DNA of 33,807 nt from a virus (Duplodnaviria; Heunggongvirae; Uroviricota; Caudoviricetes), in IMG/VR virus record IMGVR_UViG_2695420701_000007, positions 1-33,807 of that record. The stretch is one strand, 5' to 3'. Positions 33,600-33,807 of the stretch are shown in pieces (the stretch's first letter is position 1; each line of letters starts with the position of its first letter). The notes beneath the pieces were generated by a model. The model was not told where the DNA came from and searched no databases. It was given only the letters and a program-made list of their open reading frames with translations. Made by a program: the position numbers and the translations under genes.

Positions 33600-33606
33600 T
33601 TTGAAA

Positions 33607-33629
33607 CGGCGGCAGTAAACCTGCCGCCG
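33607..33629. terminator. Bidirectional hairpin between yecH and ftnA
   Basis: CGGCGGCAG-TAAAC-CTGCCGCCG has a 9-bp perfect stem. Confidence 0.6.
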
Positions 33630-33636
33630 GAGAGCA

Positions 33637-33711
33637 TTAGTTTTGTGTGTCGAGGGTAGAGAGTTCTTTGTCGATAAAATACAGACCTTCGCCGCTTTTG
33701 CCTGCCAGGCT
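33637..33711 (-). pseudogene. ftnA: ftnA 3' fragment (last 24 codons), truncated by IS10
   Basis: The minus strand translates to SLAGKSGEGLYFIDKELSTLDTQN-stop, the ferritin FtnA C-terminus. The reading frame is cut at 33711/33712 by the IS10 end. Confidence 0.85.
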
Positions 33712-33807
33712 CTGATGAATCCCCTAATGATTTTGGTAAAAATCATTAAGTTAAGGTGGATACACATCTTGTCATATGATCAAATGGTTTCGCGAAAAAT
33801 CAATAAT
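33712..33807 (+). mobile_element. IS10 outside end, first 96 bp (element continues beyond the window)
   Basis: CTGATGAATCCCCTAATGATTTTGGTAAAAATCATTAAGTTAAGGTGGATACACATCTTGTCATATGATCAAATGGTTTCGCGAAAAATCAATAAT matches the IS10/Tn10 terminus as I remember it, including the GATC in the transposase promoter region. Confidence 0.85.

Noticed and set aside
1-33807. CRISPR arrays or long tandem repeats
   Set aside because: I saw no regularly spaced direct repeats anywhere in the window. The only repeats found are the short att-arm motifs and the inverted repeats reported above.

Overview
The window holds about 31 kb of a P2-family (peduovirus-like) prophage (1..31035; its left end lies outside the window), followed by enterobacterial chromosome. 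The prophage is integrated into the 3' end of a tRNA-Leu gene.

Prophage, left to right:
- Minus strand, late genes: tail fibre (runs off the left edge and is missing from the ORF track), baseplate I/J/W-like genes, tape measure, a tail chaperone with a -1 frameshift extension, a lysis cassette (Rz with embedded Rz1, lysozyme, holin), tube, sheath, gpS/gpR-like, then gpL/gpM/gpN/gpO-like head genes.
- Plus strand, divergent: terminase gpP-like, portal gpQ-like and an Ogr/Delta zinc-finger activator.
- A cos-like region, then an AT-rich two-gene cassette (HTH-XRE/ImmA-IrrE metalloprotease fusion plus PIN nuclease) with its own promoter.
- Minus strand, a long translationally coupled early operon running from 28244 down to 19377: RHH, Cox-like, small orphan genes, ASCH-like, Dam methylase, DUF4406-like, a multi-HTH protein, a 320-bp structured non-coding island, and a gpA-type replication endonuclease.
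- Plus strand: CI-like repressor, a co-transcribed membrane-anchored 215-aa cargo gene, an amber-interrupted small ORF, the integrase and attR.

Host flank: yecA, tyrP (with TyrR boxes), yecH, and the last 24 codons of ftnA, which is cut by an IS10 end at the window edge.

The best candidate for an undescribed system is the XRE-ImmA/PIN cassette at 17439..19092. It sits in the cos-proximal cargo slot that holds old/tin in P2. All family assignments come from reading motifs by eye and from memory; no database search was run.
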